IMG/VR virus record: IMGVR_UViG_2757320919_000001
Span: 32,001 to 96,000 of that record
Origin: a virus
Lineage: Duplodnaviria > Caudoviricetes
Length of the DNA stretch: 64,000 nt
Reading direction: 5' to 3' (one strand)
The translations under genes were made by a program, and so were the position numbers. Of this stretch, positions 10,116-19,131 are shown one piece after another. Every line of letters starts with the position of its first letter. The stretch's first letter is position 1. Under the pieces are notes generated by a model, which saw only the letters and a list, made by a program, of their open reading frames with translations, was not told the DNA's origin and did not search any database.

Positions 10116-10193
10116 AGAACACCAGGTTAAGAGTATCTGAAGATTGAAAGGAGGGACCTTATTTTAGGTCTGCGTATTAACCTTATGTGTTCT
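10116..10193 (-). ncRNA. candidate structured RNA (5'/3' terminal stem, Y-RNA-like topology)
   Basis: AGAACAC..AGGUUAA pairs with UUAACCU.GUGUUCU and encloses a GACCU/AGGUC hairpin and a pyrimidine-rich loop. Confidence 0.45.
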
Positions 10194-10255
10194 ATTTTAT
10201 TACTCAGGCTATGGTCTCTTTAGAAGTAAAGAGAAAATTAACATAATAAGCTTAC

Positions 10256-10302
10256 CATAACCTTGATATACTCATTTTATTAATGAATATATCAAGATTA
10301 TG
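10256..10302 (-). terminator. 21-bp RNA hairpin after gene 52 (terminator or processing site)
   Basis: Fully paired on the minus strand with two G-U pairs, which would be A-C mismatches on plus. Confidence 0.6.
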
Positions 10303-10308
10303 ATGCAA

Positions 10309-11625
10309 TCATAATCTTTCAAATAATTTATTTATATCATCCAACCAAATATCTTTAACGTGTTTTTGTGATAACTCATTAAAACTTTGTTGCAAACCAT
10401 TCAACTGTTCATTCAAACTATTTATGCTCTCTTCACTTAATGAATATAAAGGCATATTCATAAGTGTATCAATATTATCAACTATGCCTATATTATTTAT
10501 TTGTTTAATAATATCTTCTTTTTTCTTTCTTTCAAATATAACCTTTTTATCCAAAACTGCTTGAATGAATTTTATTTTGTTACTAATCAATTCAATTTGG
10601 TCTGAATATTTAGATAATTTATATTGTTTTCTCTTTTGTATATACTCTAATTTAACATCTATATATTCTTTTAAAATCTCAATCTCATCTTTATAGGTTT
10701 TAATGAAATTGTTTCTATCAGCACAAGTAAAGTTTTCAGTGTCAGTTGTTTCTATTCCTAATAATTTATGAATATTTTGATTATTCCAAAAATCTCCACT
10801 TACATTTATTACATATTCAAAATTGTCACCTAGTGAGTAGTCTTTATAATCTTTTATTATTTTTTTCTCTTTTAGTGAGTTAAAATGTATTAACATACTC
10901 TCATTAGTAGCATAAGGTGTTGTTTCTGTTATTTTTAAATTATAAGTGTCTATTTTTTCATAAACACCTTTAAATTTCCATTGTTTTTTACCATGTTCTG
11001 TATTAAGTAATTCAACAGTACCCTTATAACCTTTAAAATATGGGACCAGTGGTTTTGGTTGTTTGTTATCTAAAATATCTTTAATAGCTTGTTTAACATC
11101 TTCAGCACTTCTTTGCATTATATTTTGGGCAAAACCCACACCCATACCGTTATTGTTAATTAATAATATTAATGGTAAAGTAGGTAATAGGAACCTTGGT
11201 TCTATTTTTTGCCCCTCAAAATACTGATGATCTAAAATCTCTTCATCGTCTTTATTGAATAAAAGATCATAATAATCTGATTTTTTTATAGAAGAATATC
11301 TTGGTTGAGCTGATGTTGGTGAAGTCCTACATCCTATAGCTGATAATGGTTTAAATAATGGTAATGTAACAGGACCACAATCAAAATCTCTTGCAAAATT
11401 TGTAATTATATCAGGTAAAATATCTTCATTATGCAAATATTGTGATTTAGATGCTATTTCTGACTTTAATGTTGAAACTTTTTTATAATTAGCCAAGTCT
11501 TTACTAAAATAAACTATTTTACGACCTGAATTTTTGAACCCATCAATTAAACTTGCTATGCTTCTAATGTTATCATATGAAGCATATTGACATAAATTAT
11601 CATTAAATAATGTATTAATATTCAT
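10309..11625 (-). CDS. 52: DNA topoisomerase II medium subunit (gp52, GyrA/ParC-like)
   Basis: IDGFKNSGRK, YLH, catalytic SAQPRY, EPRFLLPTLPLILL, GMGVGFA. Confidence 0.95.
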   Translation of the reverse strand: MNINTLFNDNLCQYASYDNIRSIASLIDGFKNSGRKIVYFSKDLANYKKVSTLKSEIASKSQYLHNEDILPDIITNFARDFDCGPVTLPLFKPLSAIGCRTSPTSAQPRYSSIKKSDYYDLLFNKDDEEILDHQYFEGQKIEPRFLLPTLPLILLINNNGMGVGFAQNIMQRSAEDVKQAIKDILDNKQPKPLVPYFKGYKGTVELLNTEHGKKQWKFKGVYEKIDTYNLKITETTPYATNESMLIHFNSLKEKKIIKDYKDYSLGDNFEYVINVSGDFWNNQNIHKLLGIETTDTENFTCADRNNFIKTYKDEIEILKEYIDVKLEYIQKRKQYKLSKYSDQIELISNKIKFIQAVLDKKVIFERKKKEDIIKQINNIGIVDNIDTLMNMPLYSLSEESINSLNEQLNGLQQSFNELSQKHVKDIWLDDINKLFERL

Positions 11626-11646
11626 TTCTATCCTTTCATTTTACAT

Positions 11647-11679
11647 ATTATATAACATTTTAACTTAAAATTTCCTTAA
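11647..11679 (-). promoter_or_regulatory. early promoter embedded in the last codons of Hef 2, driving gene 52
   Basis: TTAAG GAAATT TTAAG TTAAAATGTTA TATAAT overlapping WVKEILS*. Confidence 0.75.
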
Positions 11680-13285
11680 CCCAAACACCTTGACCGCAGT
11701 CCCATATTCTATAGTATCCATTTTCCACCATGTTCTCATATTCTGTCTTATTTGAATCAAATATTTCTAATTTATCTTTTAACAAATGTTTCATAAATTG
11801 CTGTCTGCTATAACGAGTATTATTTTTAAAATAAAAATAACCTGGTTTAGAAAAATGGCTAAATGTGAATCCAAGCTTCAAATATATGCTTCCATCAGAA
11901 TAAAGTCTATCAGAATAACTAATAAGACTTCCTTTATTGTGTTTATGAAAATGTTTTAATAACCTAGAAGCACCACCTATAACATTTATATTTTTCTTAG
12001 TACACAATCTAATTAACTCCCAGTCATACTTATCTGTGAACCTTGGTTTGCCAAAACTCATAAGACAAACTAGTTCATTATTAAAGTATAATCCATAACA
12101 AATTGAGCTACCAGTGAAGCCTTGGAGATGATTTGTGTTTAAGAATTCTTTCTCTTCTATTTTAGGTACTTCTCTTAAAACACATTTCCTTGCAAATATT
12201 CTTTCTGATTTTCCTAGTTTGTTATTGATGATGCTAATCCAGATATCTTTCTTTTCATTCCATGATGATTCGAATATATGAATAAGCTGAATATTTTTCT
12301 CAGCACATTTTTCTGTTTTAGTTAGATGATATTTCTTATCTTTATTCATTGATTCACTATGCCAAAAATCACCATTACATTCTATTGCTAAGTTATGTTC
12401 TGGCAAGTAAATATCTAGTTCTTTTCCATTTAATATTTCCCAGTTATTAGTTCCACCTGTTAATTCCCTAACTTCTTGCTCGAATGTGCTAGAGTTTGGA
12501 TAGCAAAACGGGCATAAATGATGACCTTTTGAAAAATTACCAAATGTCCTTTTAAATACATGACCTTGCTGGCATTTTACTTCTAAATTATCCGCTAAGT
12601 TATCAGACATAATTATAAACCCTAGACTGTTTAAATAAGTATTTTTATTTTCTGCTTCACATATAGGGCAGAATTGCTGTCCATTTTTAAAGCTGTTAAA
12701 TGTTCTTTTAAATATATGTCCTTTTCGGCATTTTATTTCTAAGTCATTAGTTATATTATTAGATAGTATTTCAAAACCCAAATTGTTAATAAAATTATGT
12801 TTATTATTTATTTCACATATAGGGCAACTAATGTGGCCATTTTTAAAACTCTTATATGGACGCTTGAAAATATGATCTTTCTCACATTTTACTTCTAAGC
12901 TAGTTCCTAAATTGTTAGACATAATCTTAAAACCTAATTCTTTTAAGAAATTATGCTTTTCTTTTTTCTCACATTCAGGACAACTTAAAATACCATTTTT
13001 AAAACTACCAAATGTTCTTTTGAAAATGTGTCCTTTTTGACATTTTACTTCTAGCTTTTTTCCTAAGTTTTCAGATATAGGTTCAAAGCCTAAACTATTT
13101 AAAAAAGTTATTTTTTGTTCTATTTCACATGTAGGGCATACTGTATATCCTTTTTGAAAATCATAAAATTCTCGCTTAAATACATGCTCTTTGGAACATT
13201 TTACTATTAAATTAGTAGTTAGATTCTCAGATATTACTTGAAAGCCTAGAGTATTTAAATACTCTATTTTTTCTTGATTTGTCAT
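11660..13285 (-). CDS. hef: Hef-like endonuclease 2 (5 Zn modules + Vsr-like nuclease + Mom/GNAT-like domain)
   Basis: CxxxH...CPxC repeats, ELDIYLP..LAIECNGDFWHS, WELIRLC, SYSDRLYSDG; start at MTNQEK chosen by analogy with paralogs. Confidence 0.9.
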   Translation of the reverse strand: MTNQEKIEYLNTLGFQVISENLTTNLIVKCSKEHVFKREFYDFQKGYTVCPTCEIEQKITFLNSLGFEPISENLGKKLEVKCQKGHIFKRTFGSFKNGILSCPECEKKEKHNFLKELGFKIMSNNLGTSLEVKCEKDHIFKRPYKSFKNGHISCPICEINNKHNFINNLGFEILSNNITNDLEIKCRKGHIFKRTFNSFKNGQQFCPICEAENKNTYLNSLGFIIMSDNLADNLEVKCQQGHVFKRTFGNFSKGHHLCPFCYPNSSTFEQEVRELTGGTNNWEILNGKELDIYLPEHNLAIECNGDFWHSESMNKDKKYHLTKTEKCAEKNIQLIHIFESSWNEKKDIWISIINNKLGKSERIFARKCVLREVPKIEEKEFLNTNHLQGFTGSSICYGLYFNNELVCLMSFGKPRFTDKYDWELIRLCTKKNINVIGGASRLLKHFHKHNKGSLISYSDRLYSDGSIYLKLGFTFSHFSKPGYFYFKNNTRYSRQQFMKHLLKDKLEIFDSNKTEYENMVENGYYRIWDCGQGVWVKEILS

Positions 13286-13295
13286 ACTGAAGAAC

Positions 13296-14648
13296 CTATA
13301 AGTTTTCAATATTAAATGATTTTGTACTTAATATTTGCTTTCTAAAATCAATACCATTATCTGACATCCACTGCTCTAGAACTTTTTCATCATTATCTTT
13401 CCACTCAATTTTTTCTAAGCAGTTATCTATACCATCTTTTGCAAATACTATTCTATAATTAGCTGCAGACCAACTTCCTAACCCTTTCATGTATATAACT
13501 TCAGCATTTTTAGGTAAATTATCTTGGTCTTTTTGATATTCACCTAATGTATAGTACCATTTAATTAATTTATCATTTTGCAATACTGAAATAATAGGTG
13601 TTTTTAATCTATACACTCTACCTTCTGTTAGTAAGTTTGGCTGTAATTTATAAACTAGTGCTGTAATTAAACATGCAATATGGTTTCCATCCAAATCAGC
13701 ATCGGTAGCTATTACCATGTTTTCATATTTTGTTTCAGGTAACCCTAAGCCCATAGCTTCTACAATATCCATAACTCTTTGATTTTTTAATAATTGTGCT
13801 GTAGAACATTTTAAAGCATTTTGTAATTTACCTGTTAAAGGTAAGAAACTACTACAATCTCTACCAACTGCTTGTATTAAAGAAGAAAGTGCGCTATCTC
13901 CTTCTGCTATATACATGAATTTAGGATCTTTAGTATGTTTAGTAAATTTAGGATTAAATCTTTCTTTAGCTTCTTTTCTTTCAAAGGTATTTTGTTTTCT
14001 ATTTTCTAATTCTTGTTGAACTTTATATAATTCAATTATTGGGTCTTTAATGTGTGTATTTTTGAATAATAGTTCAGCAAAATCAGTATATTTTAGTGTA
14101 GGTATTCCTAATTCGGTTATAGTATTCTTAATTTCTTCTTTTGTTTGGCCTCCACCAAATCTTAGATTCTTTTTATTTTTAAGAATTAGAATGACACCTA
14201 TCCTGCTTTTTACAGCTGTGTTTGTAATTTTGGAGTATCCCTTTCTTAAACGATTACCAAAAGCATTTACAATATTATTTGAAATATAATCTAATGCTAC
14301 CCCACCTTTATTTAAATCAAGTGAATTTACAATATGCACAAACTTATACTCATCAGTAGGAAATATAGCAAGTTCTAAGTTTTCATCACTTTGCAATATT
14401 GAGAAACTATCAGAGTAATATTTTATAAATTCTTTAAACTCTTTTACTTTAATTAGTTTTCCCTGAAATGTAAATTCTATACCAGGATTTGAATAAGCTA
14501 TGTTTATAAGTAACGCATGTATATGATTTATTAAGTCATCATTAATCTCTTTTAATTCTAGCCTTTCAAAATCTGGTTTAAACTTAATTGTAACACCATG
14601 TGTTGATGAGGCAGGCGCTTTATCTTCTTTATGCTCTATTATAGACAT
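13296..14648 (-). CDS. 39: topoisomerase II large subunit (gp39/60-like), C-terminal part
   Basis: GQTKE, IAEGDSA, PLTGK, ATDADLDGNHI, YMKGLGS TOPRIM motifs; the frame is open upstream to 14771 and contains GAHGIGSK. Confidence 0.93.
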   Translation of the reverse strand: MSIIEHKEDKAPASSTHGVTIKFKPDFERLELKEINDDLINHIHALLINIAYSNPGIEFTFQGKLIKVKEFKEFIKYYSDSFSILQSDENLELAIFPTDEYKFVHIVNSLDLNKGGVALDYISNNIVNAFGNRLRKGYSKITNTAVKSRIGVILILKNKKNLRFGGGQTKEEIKNTITELGIPTLKYTDFAELLFKNTHIKDPIIELYKVQQELENRKQNTFERKEAKERFNPKFTKHTKDPKFMYIAEGDSALSSLIQAVGRDCSSFLPLTGKLQNALKCSTAQLLKNQRVMDIVEAMGLGLPETKYENMVIATDADLDGNHIACLITALVYKLQPNLLTEGRVYRLKTPIISVLQNDKLIKWYYTLGEYQKDQDNLPKNAEVIYMKGLGSWSAANYRIVFAKDGIDNCLEKIEWKDNDEKVLEQWMSDNGIDFRKQILSTKSFNIENL

Positions 14649-14755
14649 ATTGTTTAAACATTTTACAATACCTCTATCCCCTTCAAGAGTAATTGTTGTT
14701 AATTGATACTCAGAACTAAATAATGGTATTAATTTAGAACCTATGCCATGCGCAC

Positions 14756-15145
14756 CTATTGTAATTCTATCTTTTTTTCTTTTTCTAAAAATGTATAATT
14801 ACTTGATGTTCTAAACTTGGTAGTTGCCATAACATAAGTATCTATTGGTAATCCTCTACCATTATCTGATATTGTTATTATACCACTATCTTTATCAATC
14901 TTCAATGATATTTTATTAGCGTATTTTCCACCAGTTCTGGTAAATTCATCGATTGAATTTTGAATAGCTTCATCTATTTGTTTTGTTAATGTTTGATTAT
15001 ACACTATTTCTTTATTAATAATTTTGTTATTTTCTAAGACTTTAACTGTATTATTGAATGATGTTAATGCACCAGTTATAAGATGAGGTAAGTTTAGATA
15101 GTACTCAACTTCATTTTCAGCATGTACAATCTTATTTTCTATCAT
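14756..15145 (-). CDS. 39: topoisomerase II large subunit, N-terminal GHKL fragment (frameshifted)
   Basis: DEAIQNSIDE, ISDNGRGLP, TSSNY GHKL motifs; ends just after GAA AAA AAG. Confidence 0.9.
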   Translation of the reverse strand: MIENKIVHAENEVEYYLNLPHLITGALTSFNNTVKVLENNKIINKEIVYNQTLTKQIDEAIQNSIDEFTRTGGKYANKISLKIDKDSGIITISDNGRGLPIDTYVMATTKFRTSSNYTFLEKEKKIELQ

Positions 15146-15172
15146 TATTTTCCTTTCAACTTTATTAATAAT

Positions 15173-15205
15173 ATCATATCAAACATTAACTTAAATTTTG
15201 CTTAA
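15173..15205 (-). promoter_or_regulatory. early promoter
   Basis: TTAAG CAAAAT TTAAG TTAATGTTTGA TATGAT. Confidence 0.7.
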
Positions 15206-15247
15206 TCTACACATAAGAGGGTTTAATAAATAGTCCTCTTATATTCA

Positions 15248-16450
15248 CTAAATTAACCCTATCTTTTTATTGTTTATATTTTTCATATGTGATATGTCAT
15301 TTTCTTTTAGATAATTTTTAAAATTATTTTTACAAGCAATGTTATATTTTTCTCCTTCTATAATATTACTTAAATTACACTGAAGAATATTATCACTTAT
15401 CAATTTGTTGAATGATTTTTTAGGTAAACCATTGTTTTCCCATATTTTTAAGGCTTCTTTTTTAGTCAATGTTCTTAGGTTTAATATATCAAATGTTCTA
15501 CCTGCTCTTAATAATGCTGGATCAATCTCATTAATGTTTCTATTTGTTGTAATTATAAACTTTGTTTTGCATGTAATATCATTATTTATACCTTCAGTAA
15601 ATGATAAAAAGTGTGACATAAATTGATTTCGTTGTGCATCTATACCATTTTGAATGTCAGATCTAGGCAATAGATAATCTAAATCATCAAATAATACTAA
15701 ATTATACCTATTTGCTAACAACTCATTCCAGAACGCATCACCAGCTAATAAACTCTCATTTTTTACAACTGCAACATTTATACAATTACCATCATCATCT
15801 GACTTATCAAATACTTTTTCTTCTAATTCAAGATGTTTATATTTCTTATAATCCAAATTTAACAAAAAGTTTAAATAACATTCTGCAAGTTTTGTTTTCC
15901 CTGTTCCAGGTTGGCCATATAATATTAAAATATTGCTATTTGCAAATAGAAACTGTATAAACATTTCATTTAAATCTAAAAAAGGGTAATAATCATAATC
16001 AATATTTTTATAATTATCTTTAGTTTTAGATGAATCTACATATACTAATTCCCCTTTTTCTTCATAGAAACTCTTTATTTTGATTAATAACTCATCAGTA
16101 CCAGTAACATATTTCTTTAAAATATTGTTATAAAATCCTTTTAAAAAATCAATACTGTTTGAATACATATCTAACTTAACAAGTTTACCTATTCTATAAG
16201 TTATTTCAATATATATGTTAGATAACCTAAAAACAAATATATTTGTATCACCTTCAATACCATCCCATTCATAATAAGAAGTTTTTAAAAATGTTTTTAT
16301 TTCATCTAATAATTCATCTAATTTATCAACTGGAATTTTTATATTTTCTAACTGTTCATTATAATTATCACATATAAACTTGCTTTTCAAAGCAAATCCA
16401 GGTTTTGGTGTTCCAAATGCGTTATCTGAAATTACATGTTTAATACTCAT
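15248..16450 (-). CDS. AAA+ ATPase
   Basis: LYGQPGTGKT, VLFDDLD, IITTN, IDPALLRAGRTFD. Confidence 0.9.
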   Translation of the reverse strand: MSIKHVISDNAFGTPKPGFALKSKFICDNYNEQLENIKIPVDKLDELLDEIKTFLKTSYYEWDGIEGDTNIFVFRLSNIYIEITYRIGKLVKLDMYSNSIDFLKGFYNNILKKYVTGTDELLIKIKSFYEEKGELVYVDSSKTKDNYKNIDYDYYPFLDLNEMFIQFLFANSNILILYGQPGTGKTKLAECYLNFLLNLDYKKYKHLELEEKVFDKSDDDGNCINVAVVKNESLLAGDAFWNELLANRYNLVLFDDLDYLLPRSDIQNGIDAQRNQFMSHFLSFTEGINNDITCKTKFIITTNRNINEIDPALLRAGRTFDILNLRTLTKKEALKIWENNGLPKKSFNKLISDNILQCNLSNIIEGEKYNIACKNNFKNYLKENDISHMKNINNKKIGLI

Positions 16451-16500
16451 ACAATTCTCCTTTTTTAGAGAATTGTATTACTTAATTCCTTAAAAATATC

Positions 16501-16764
16501 TTAGTTATTATAATGTTTTAAGCTTTCAACTAATACTTCATGAAACACATTTAAATCTTCATATGTAATTAATATATTAATTTCTTTTATAAAGTCTTCC
16601 AAACTTGTAATTGGTTCAACATCAAACTCAAAGTTATGACTATGATGTTCAATATTATATTCTTGTACTATTTGCAATGTTTCAGTTATAGCTTCTATTT
16701 CATGTCCTTTTGCAAATTGTGATAAGCCATTTATAGTTATATCTTTTATTAACTGTTTATCCAT
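16501..16764 (-). CDS. hypothetical protein
   Basis: 87-aa acidic ORF with AAGGA SD. Confidence 0.7.
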   Translation of the reverse strand: MDKQLIKDITINGLSQFAKGHEIEAITETLQIVQEYNIEHHSHNFEFDVEPITSLEDFIKEINILITYEDLNVFHEVLVESLKHYNN

Positions 16765-16777
16765 TGTATATATCCTT

Positions 16778-16813
16778 CTTTCTAATAAATATTTTAAAAT
16801 ATTTATTAGAAAG
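16778..16813. promoter_or_regulatory. perfect 36-bp palindrome with AATAAATA late-promoter-like boxes on both strands, between divergent genes
   Basis: CTTTCTAATAAATATTTT|AAAATATTTATTAGAAAG. Confidence 0.7.
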
Positions 16814-16820
16814 GTTTATA

Positions 16821-17222
16821 ATGACTTTTGTTGAAAAAAACATGATTAAAGAACTCAAGAAAACCATATCAGCAAAAAAACCATTAGTTTTATGTTTTAT
16901 GTCAAAATTACTACAAAAAGAGGTACAAAAACTTTTAAAAGGTAATAAATTAATAACTGTTATAAAAATTATATTATATGCTTTTGATAAAATACCTGTT
17001 GAAGTAAAAAGAGGGGTTTTAGGATATGTTGAAAATGAAAAAAATATTCCATTTCAGTATAAATATGATAATACAACAAAAACACTAACATTTTCATTAA
17101 ATAAAAAATCATATAATTTTAATTTATGCACTGCTAATGAATATATTAAAGTCTTAGCAAATGAAACTAATTGGATGATTTTAAAGAAGAATTTAAATAA
17201 TGCATTAAAAAATATAAAGTAG
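16821..17222 (+). CDS. hypothetical protein
   Basis: ATG at 16821 (MTFVEKN) with AAAGG SD. Confidence 0.7.
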   Translation: MTFVEKNMIKELKKTISAKKPLVLCFMSKLLQKEVQKLLKGNKLITVIKIILYAFDKIPVEVKRGVLGYVENEKNIPFQYKYDNTTKTLTFSLNKKSYNFNLCTANEYIKVLANETNWMILKKNLNNALKNIK

Positions 17223-17237
17223 GATATATCCTACTTT
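17216..17237. terminator. bidirectional intrinsic terminator between convergent genes
   Basis: AAAGTAGGA-TATA-TCCTACTTT. Confidence 0.7.
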
Positions 17238-17239
17238 TA

Positions 17240-17758
17240 TTAATATTCTACTGTAACAACATCATTTTTATACACTGACATTCCATTTATAAATGTTATT
17301 TTTGTTAAAGTACCATCATGTGTATAATTTGTTGTTGGAATAAGGTTTCCATTAACATATACTTTTGAAGGTTTTAATGAAAGAGAATTATCGGAAACTT
17401 CTGTAACTGGAGTATTATAATCACTTGAACTAACAGTTATATTAACAGAAGATGATATAGAACCTCCACTTATTTTTTTCCATTTTGATGGACTTGTATC
17501 TGGTTGATTCCCTCTATTTCCATCTGATAAAGAAACATATATATAATTGTTATATTTTACTATTTGATTTTGTGTATATGTTGTGCCTGTATCCCAATTT
17601 GATGGATCAGTAATACCAATAATTGAATTCACTTGAGACATAACAGTATCAAGTTCCTTTTTTAATTGTAAACTAGGTTTCCCTAGGACATCTTGATCTG
17701 CAATTTCACCATTTTTAGGGCATAACTTTTCAAATTCTGTATAGTTTGTAATAGCCAT
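17240..17758 (-). CDS. virion protein with CBM5/12-like carbohydrate-binding module
   Basis: WDTGTTYTQNQIVKYNNYIY...GNQP...SKW motif; TATAAATA upstream. Confidence 0.7.
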   Translation of the reverse strand: MAITNYTEFEKLCPKNGEIADQDVLGKPSLQLKKELDTVMSQVNSIIGITDPSNWDTGTTYTQNQIVKYNNYIYVSLSDGNRGNQPDTSPSKWKKISGGSISSSVNITVSSSDYNTPVTEVSDNSLSLKPSKVYVNGNLIPTTNYTHDGTLTKITFINGMSVYKNDVVTVEY

Positions 17759-17790
17759 TTATAAAATCTCCATTTTATTTTTATTTATAT

Positions 17791-18432
17791 TCAATAGCTT
17801 ATTTGTGGTGGAAAAGGGTCAAACAAAAATGTTACATCAAATGTTGCCAAACCATTACTATTTTGATCAAGTGATAATCCACCATGACTTCTTATCATAG
17901 CACATTGTGTATCTATAATAACATGTCCACCATTTTTAAATTCATTATTTTGTACAGATTGATTTATGTAATTCCTAGATTCTCTTAATGTTCTTTTCCT
18001 TATCTTAATGATCCACATCTGATCATCTGGATATTGATCTTTTAAATGACCAGTAAGTTTTTTAAAAGCTGAATATAAAAAACCACCATCACTATCTCTA
18101 AAAGTTATAGTTAATTGTTGTAATTCGTGTCGTCCTTGAGTATAAACCCAACTAGAACCTATCCATTCATTTATTTCAGCAAATGAAATAGGATCTATTG
18201 AAACTCTTTGTATTAATATATCCATATTTGGTAAGTCAAGAATATTGATTCTACCAGCACCAGGAACTTCATTTTTTAAAGCAAAAGTATCAATGCTATA
18301 TAAACTTTCTAAATCAAAATTAGTACCATATGCTTTTTGTATTTTTTGTGCTAATTCAGTTATAGCTGATTGTGTTTTATTGCCACCAAAAAAATCTGAT
18401 ATTGCACCAACAGCTGTATTTAATATACCCAT
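17791..18432 (-). CDS. tail tube-like (gp19/gp54 family) protein
   Basis: LTITFRDSD...ATFDVTF pattern of the tube fold; ATG at 18432 (MGILN) with GAGG SD. Confidence 0.55.
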   Translation of the reverse strand: MGILNTAVGAISDFFGGNKTQSAITELAQKIQKAYGTNFDLESLYSIDTFALKNEVPGAGRINILDLPNMDILIQRVSIDPISFAEINEWIGSSWVYTQGRHELQQLTITFRDSDGGFLYSAFKKLTGHLKDQYPDDQMWIIKIRKRTLRESRNYINQSVQNNEFKNGGHVIIDTQCAMIRSHGGLSLDQNSNGLATFDVTFLFDPFPPQISY

Positions 18433-18437
18433 AAAAC

Positions 18438-18472
18438 CCTCTCTATAAATATTACTAATATTTATAGAGAGG
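18438..18472. promoter_or_regulatory. perfect 17-bp inverted repeat with TATAAATA late promoter and GAGG SD on both strands
   Basis: CCTCTCTATAAATATTA-C-TAATATTTATAGAGAGG between divergent starts at 18432 and 18478. Confidence 0.8.
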
Positions 18473-18477
18473 AAGTC

Positions 18478-19131
18478 ATGGAACTGGAAATTTGGAAAGG
18501 AAAACATTCTATTTTATTAAATAAATTATATAATGATAATAATTATATTTATGACAGCGATATTATTGATGTTTTAGTATATAAATGCCTAAACCAACCT
18601 AAATATATTACAAATGATGAGGCTAGATTCCTATTTTTTAAAAAATATTTCGCTGAAGTATGTAGTGAAATAGATTCTAGTTTTAAATGCCCATACTGTA
18701 ATGAAATGAATGATATAAAATTTACTAATGATGATATCTCTATAACCGAATACTCGTTAGAACCTATTGAAATAAATGTAGATAATGTTATTGTTACAAT
18801 TTATTTTAAAAAAGAATTATCACAAGATGACTCTTTAAGTCTTATTACAGAAACAAAAAACATGATAGACCACGAGAAAAGGTTGCTAGAATTATATTAT
18901 ATGATTGACTATATTTCTATAAATGGTGAAGAGTTAAGAGGTAATCATATTATATTTGAAAAATATACTAATGAACTCCCATTATCATGTTTTAATAAAA
19001 TATTTGATTATTTTATTAACTCTATACCAAAACATAGCATTATTAAAAATTGCTCTTGTAAAAATTGTAATAGTGAAATAAATGTTGAATTAAAAGAATT
19101 ACCTGAATCTGTTAGAAGGAATTTATTTTGA
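18478..19131 (+). CDS. baseplate hub assembly protein (gp26-like)
   Basis: CPYC...CKNC zinc motifs, about 215 aa, baseplate gene context. Confidence 0.6.
   Translation: MELEIWKGKHSILLNKLYNDNNYIYDSDIIDVLVYKCLNQPKYITNDEARFLFFKKYFAEVCSEIDSSFKCPYCNEMNDIKFTNDDISITEYSLEPIEINVDNVIVTIYFKKELSQDDSLSLITETKNMIDHEKRLLELYYMIDYISINGEELRGNHIIFEKYTNELPLSCFNKIFDYFINSIPKHSIIKNCSCKNCNSEINVELKELPESVRRNLF

Noticed and set aside
10116-10302. tRNA genes in the structured intergenic region
   Set aside because: No cloverleaf, T-loop (TTCGA) or CCA end; I recognised no tRNA anywhere in the window.
13296-15145. Group I intron or T4 gene 60-style bypass in the topoisomerase gene
   Set aside because: There is no intervening sequence; a single -1 shift restores a continuous protein.
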